From positions 65,784,001 to 65,848,000 of the forward strand of contig NW_024704742.1 in the NCBI RefSeq assembly GCF_018977255.1: DNA of 64,000 nucleotides, read 5' to 3'. Of the stretch, positions 61,161 through 64,000 are shown in pieces (the first letter of the stretch is position 1; each line of letters opens with the position of its first letter). The notes below the pieces were generated by a model that did no database searches, was not told where the DNA came from, and worked only from the letters and a program-made list of their open reading frames with translations. The position numbers were made by a program, and so were the translations under genes. Source of the DNA: Callorhinchus milii. Lineage: Eukaryota.

Positions 61161-64000
61161 GTGAGTCCCGCTCCTTTACCGGGAGAAGGAGTGCTGTGTG
61201 CGCGTATGTATGTGAAACGTGAATTTAACTTGAACTTCACCGTCTCGCACGCGAAGCTCCCCGGGCGGCTCGGCTCGGCCCGGCCTGGCCTGGATGCTGA
61301 CTGACCCGGGGTGGGTGGTGGGGGGGGAGGGCCCGGCATCGCGGTGGGTCCGGTCCATCTGCTTATGAGATTGGGCTGATTCTGAGCGGACGTGGGGCGA
61401 AAATAAAGTGAAATGACGATGCAAATACAATGTGAGCGTGTAGGCCCGAGCCTTCACCAGGACCCGTCTTTCTCTCCCCCCCCCCCCCCAACCCGAGCAG
61501 CGGGAGCCCCGCAGGGAAATCTGCAAATTCACAGCAGTGGCCGAGTCCCGCCGCGGTGGCGCCGTCCGCGGTAACGTTAGTACGTGTGACCGCTACAGCG
61601 GTGTCGTTTAACGCGTTTGTGTTTGTGGTCCCACACACTGTACTGAAAATAGTCCGCGCAGATTGCCTTTGAGGCGGGTCTGCGTGGACTCGGTTGCTAT
61701 GGTGCTTGCGCCCTTCTCAACCCGCCCGCCCGCCTTTTTTTTGCCGGGAAAGGCCATGTCTCTTCCGAGAAACGCCGCCCCCTCTGCTCCCCTCCCTGAC
61801 TGACACCGCGCACCCCCCGCTACTGCCGTGCGGTACGGCGCCCCCTTTCCCCTTCGTTGCCGAGTTATCCGTTGAGTGTTTATCTCAAAGGTTGACCCCC
61901 GTATCTCCCCGGTCGCAGTCTGGGCCCGAGCCGAGTCGCCGGGGCCCCGGTGCCGTTCGACCGAGTCCCCGACGTGTGACCCGCAATTTTCTCCCGTGTG
62001 ACCGTTTCGTTGGGGGGTGTGCAACAGGGTTCAAAAGTGATGGCGGGTGCGAAGGTGACGGCCCCTGTGCTGTTGATCAGTGACAGTTCGTATGACTGGG
62101 AATCCCATCAGCGGAGTGTCAGTGCTGATCATTGCAGTATTTAACCGGGATGAGTAATCAGTTTTAAACGACATCTTATATAATGTGTTGTGCAATGTTA
62201 AATATCGAAGTGACTTATGCAAATGACTCCATTTTAGGATTCACTAGTTTTTTTTTAACCCCCCCCCCCCTCCCCTCCCCCACTCCACACAGCAAAGTAA
62301 TTGCTTTTGCTGAATGGTAATTTGGGATTGTATATACAGTACTTCTTATTTGCGAGAGTATTGAATCTGGCTTTCAGATGTTATGATTGGCATTTACTGG
62401 AAGTATTGAGGGAAATCCCTGGTTGTGGCATCCTGGATTGCTTTCATCCCCTCCGCTCCACCATCGGTGGTCGTGCTTTCAGTCACTGTGCTCAGAAACG
62501 ATGGAACTCTGCCGCAATCCTCTGTCTTGTCCCCTCTTTTACGTCTTCAGATCACCCCTGAGTACCTTTCTCTTTGACTGTGCCTATGGTCTCAAACCCT
62601 CGAAGGTCGCTATATCAATGCTTGTTGTTGTTGTTGACATAATGCAACATTTGGTGAAGAAATACAACCAAATGTATTGAAAATAACTTGTCGAGATCAA
62701 TTCAGAAGATCAGAACTCATAGATTAATTGCAATTATGTCGTCTGTTGAAATATTTGCTTCAAGAATAATATTTGTTACATTTCATATAGCATCTTTCAC
62801 GTTGGGAGGACAACATACCTTCCATTTATATAGCATCGCTCAACTAAGGTAGTGTCCCAGGCTGCTCCAAAGCACTTCGTAGGATACACTCACTGTTTTG
62901 TGAGTGATTACGGTAGCCAGTTTACACACAGTGACGTCACACAAACAGTCATGAAGTGAGTGACAGATTTTATTTGGATGAATTTGCGGCCAGGACACTG
63001 GGGGAGCGAGAAACTCTTCTCTTTTCGAATAGTGCCCCAGGATCTTCAAGGTTCACAGACAGGAAGTGAGAACCGCACCTCTATGGCATGTGCCAAATTA
63101 GTAATGCGATAGGACTTAAATATTAATACCAAATAGGTTTATTCATTTTTCAGTACTATTAAAGAATGAGTTGTATTCTTAATCTTCCCATTTTATTTAA
63201 GTTTCCATGACAAGAATGCACAAGATTCCATGACCAGTTTCTATGACAAGAATGCACTTCAGTTTGGAAGTATCTAAATTGTAATATTTTGTATTTGTAT
63301 TTTGAAAGCATTGAAACATTTTTTTATTTACTACAAAAGACCAAAACTCTTCTGGTCAATGAAATTATATGATTTTATTCCCCTTAATTATACTTTTAGG
63401 ATGTTTTGCTCTTATTCGGGTTATTTTTTAAGTTGATTGTAAAGATTAGAAAGCTTGAGCTTTTGGATTCAGTGCCCTAACCTCTGGACCTCCCTCACCC
63501 CTTTGTTCCGCCTCCTCTCTATCTGTCTACAAGTCCCACCTTAACACCTATCTATTCAATCACGCTTATGGTTTCCTTCACCTCTCCTTTGCTCGGTGAG
63601 TGACCCTATTTTCCTCTGAAACAATATTGTATGTGAAGGGTCCTAAATAAATGCAAGTTATTGGAATTCTGAGTAGATCACAATCGAGGAAGTACTTGGA
63701 TTTTCAAATCTTCAGTTGGAACTTTATTATGTGACACGGAGCAGATTCGTATTTACTAAGTTAAATGTGGGCACTCAGCATTTATTACACTCGATCTTTG
63801 CAGCCTGGATTATGATTTTAAAGTGGTTTCAGCAACAACTTTAAATTATATAGCACCTCTCATGCAGGGTAGTGTCCCAGAGTGCTTGGATTTCAGTTGT
63901 ATAATCTGCACAACTGCAAACTATTTAATGTTTTTTGTTGTAGTTTGTATGAACCATGATATGAGATTAACAGGGAGTTTGAAGGGAGTTTCTCCTGGCC

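Larger units (their letters stand above)
59600..62050. promoter_or_regulatory. CpG island / probable bidirectional promoter
   Basis: Dense CpG against a CpG-poor background. CCAAT plus GCGCGAAA (E2F-like) ~59737-59751; CRE TGACGTCA 60239-60246; TTTGAA (CHR-like) ~60416; TTGGCGCG (E2F-like) 60481-60488; NRF1 TGCGCATGCGC 60719-60729. Confidence 0.85.

Noticed and set aside
60244..62083. Many overlapping long ORFs (up to 229 aa) in the CpG island
   Set aside because: Low-complexity Arg/Ala/Pro products, as expected from stop-poor GC-rich DNA; only the 82-nt ATG-to-donor unit is retained.

Overview
Vertebrate genomic DNA, most likely from a cartilaginous fish (inferred from Deu-domain SINEs and abundant CR1/L2 relics). 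The window holds a complete minus-strand NSD2 (WHSC1/MMSET) H3K36 methyltransferase gene. I traced 22 coding exons by eye, all with GT-AG junctions and matching phases (ATG at 56100, TAA at 6513; 4329 nt, 1442 aa; PWWP1-HMG-PHD1-4-PWWP2-AWS-SET-postSET-PHD5/C5HCH). Upstream lies a CpG island (~59.6-62.0 kb) with a probable non-coding NSD2 first exon and, on the plus strand, a probable LETM1 first coding exon (head-to-head). Introns are full of SINEs, CR1/L2 fragments, MITEs and one repeat family I cannot classify. The most unusual observations: (i) two ~50-nt copies of NSD2's own exon sequence sit inside intronic repeats 0.7-0.9 kb from the source exon, one antisense (able to pair with the exon in the pre-mRNA) and one sense beside a perfect fold-back hairpin; (ii) a multi-stem sense-strand element with a box D'/C' K-turn geometry in the last intron; (iii) a candidate internal promoter/first exon; (iv) a PWWA motif in PWWP1 and an apparently extra symmetric exon. 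All comparisons with human sequences are from memory and all alignments and folds were done by hand; no search was run.
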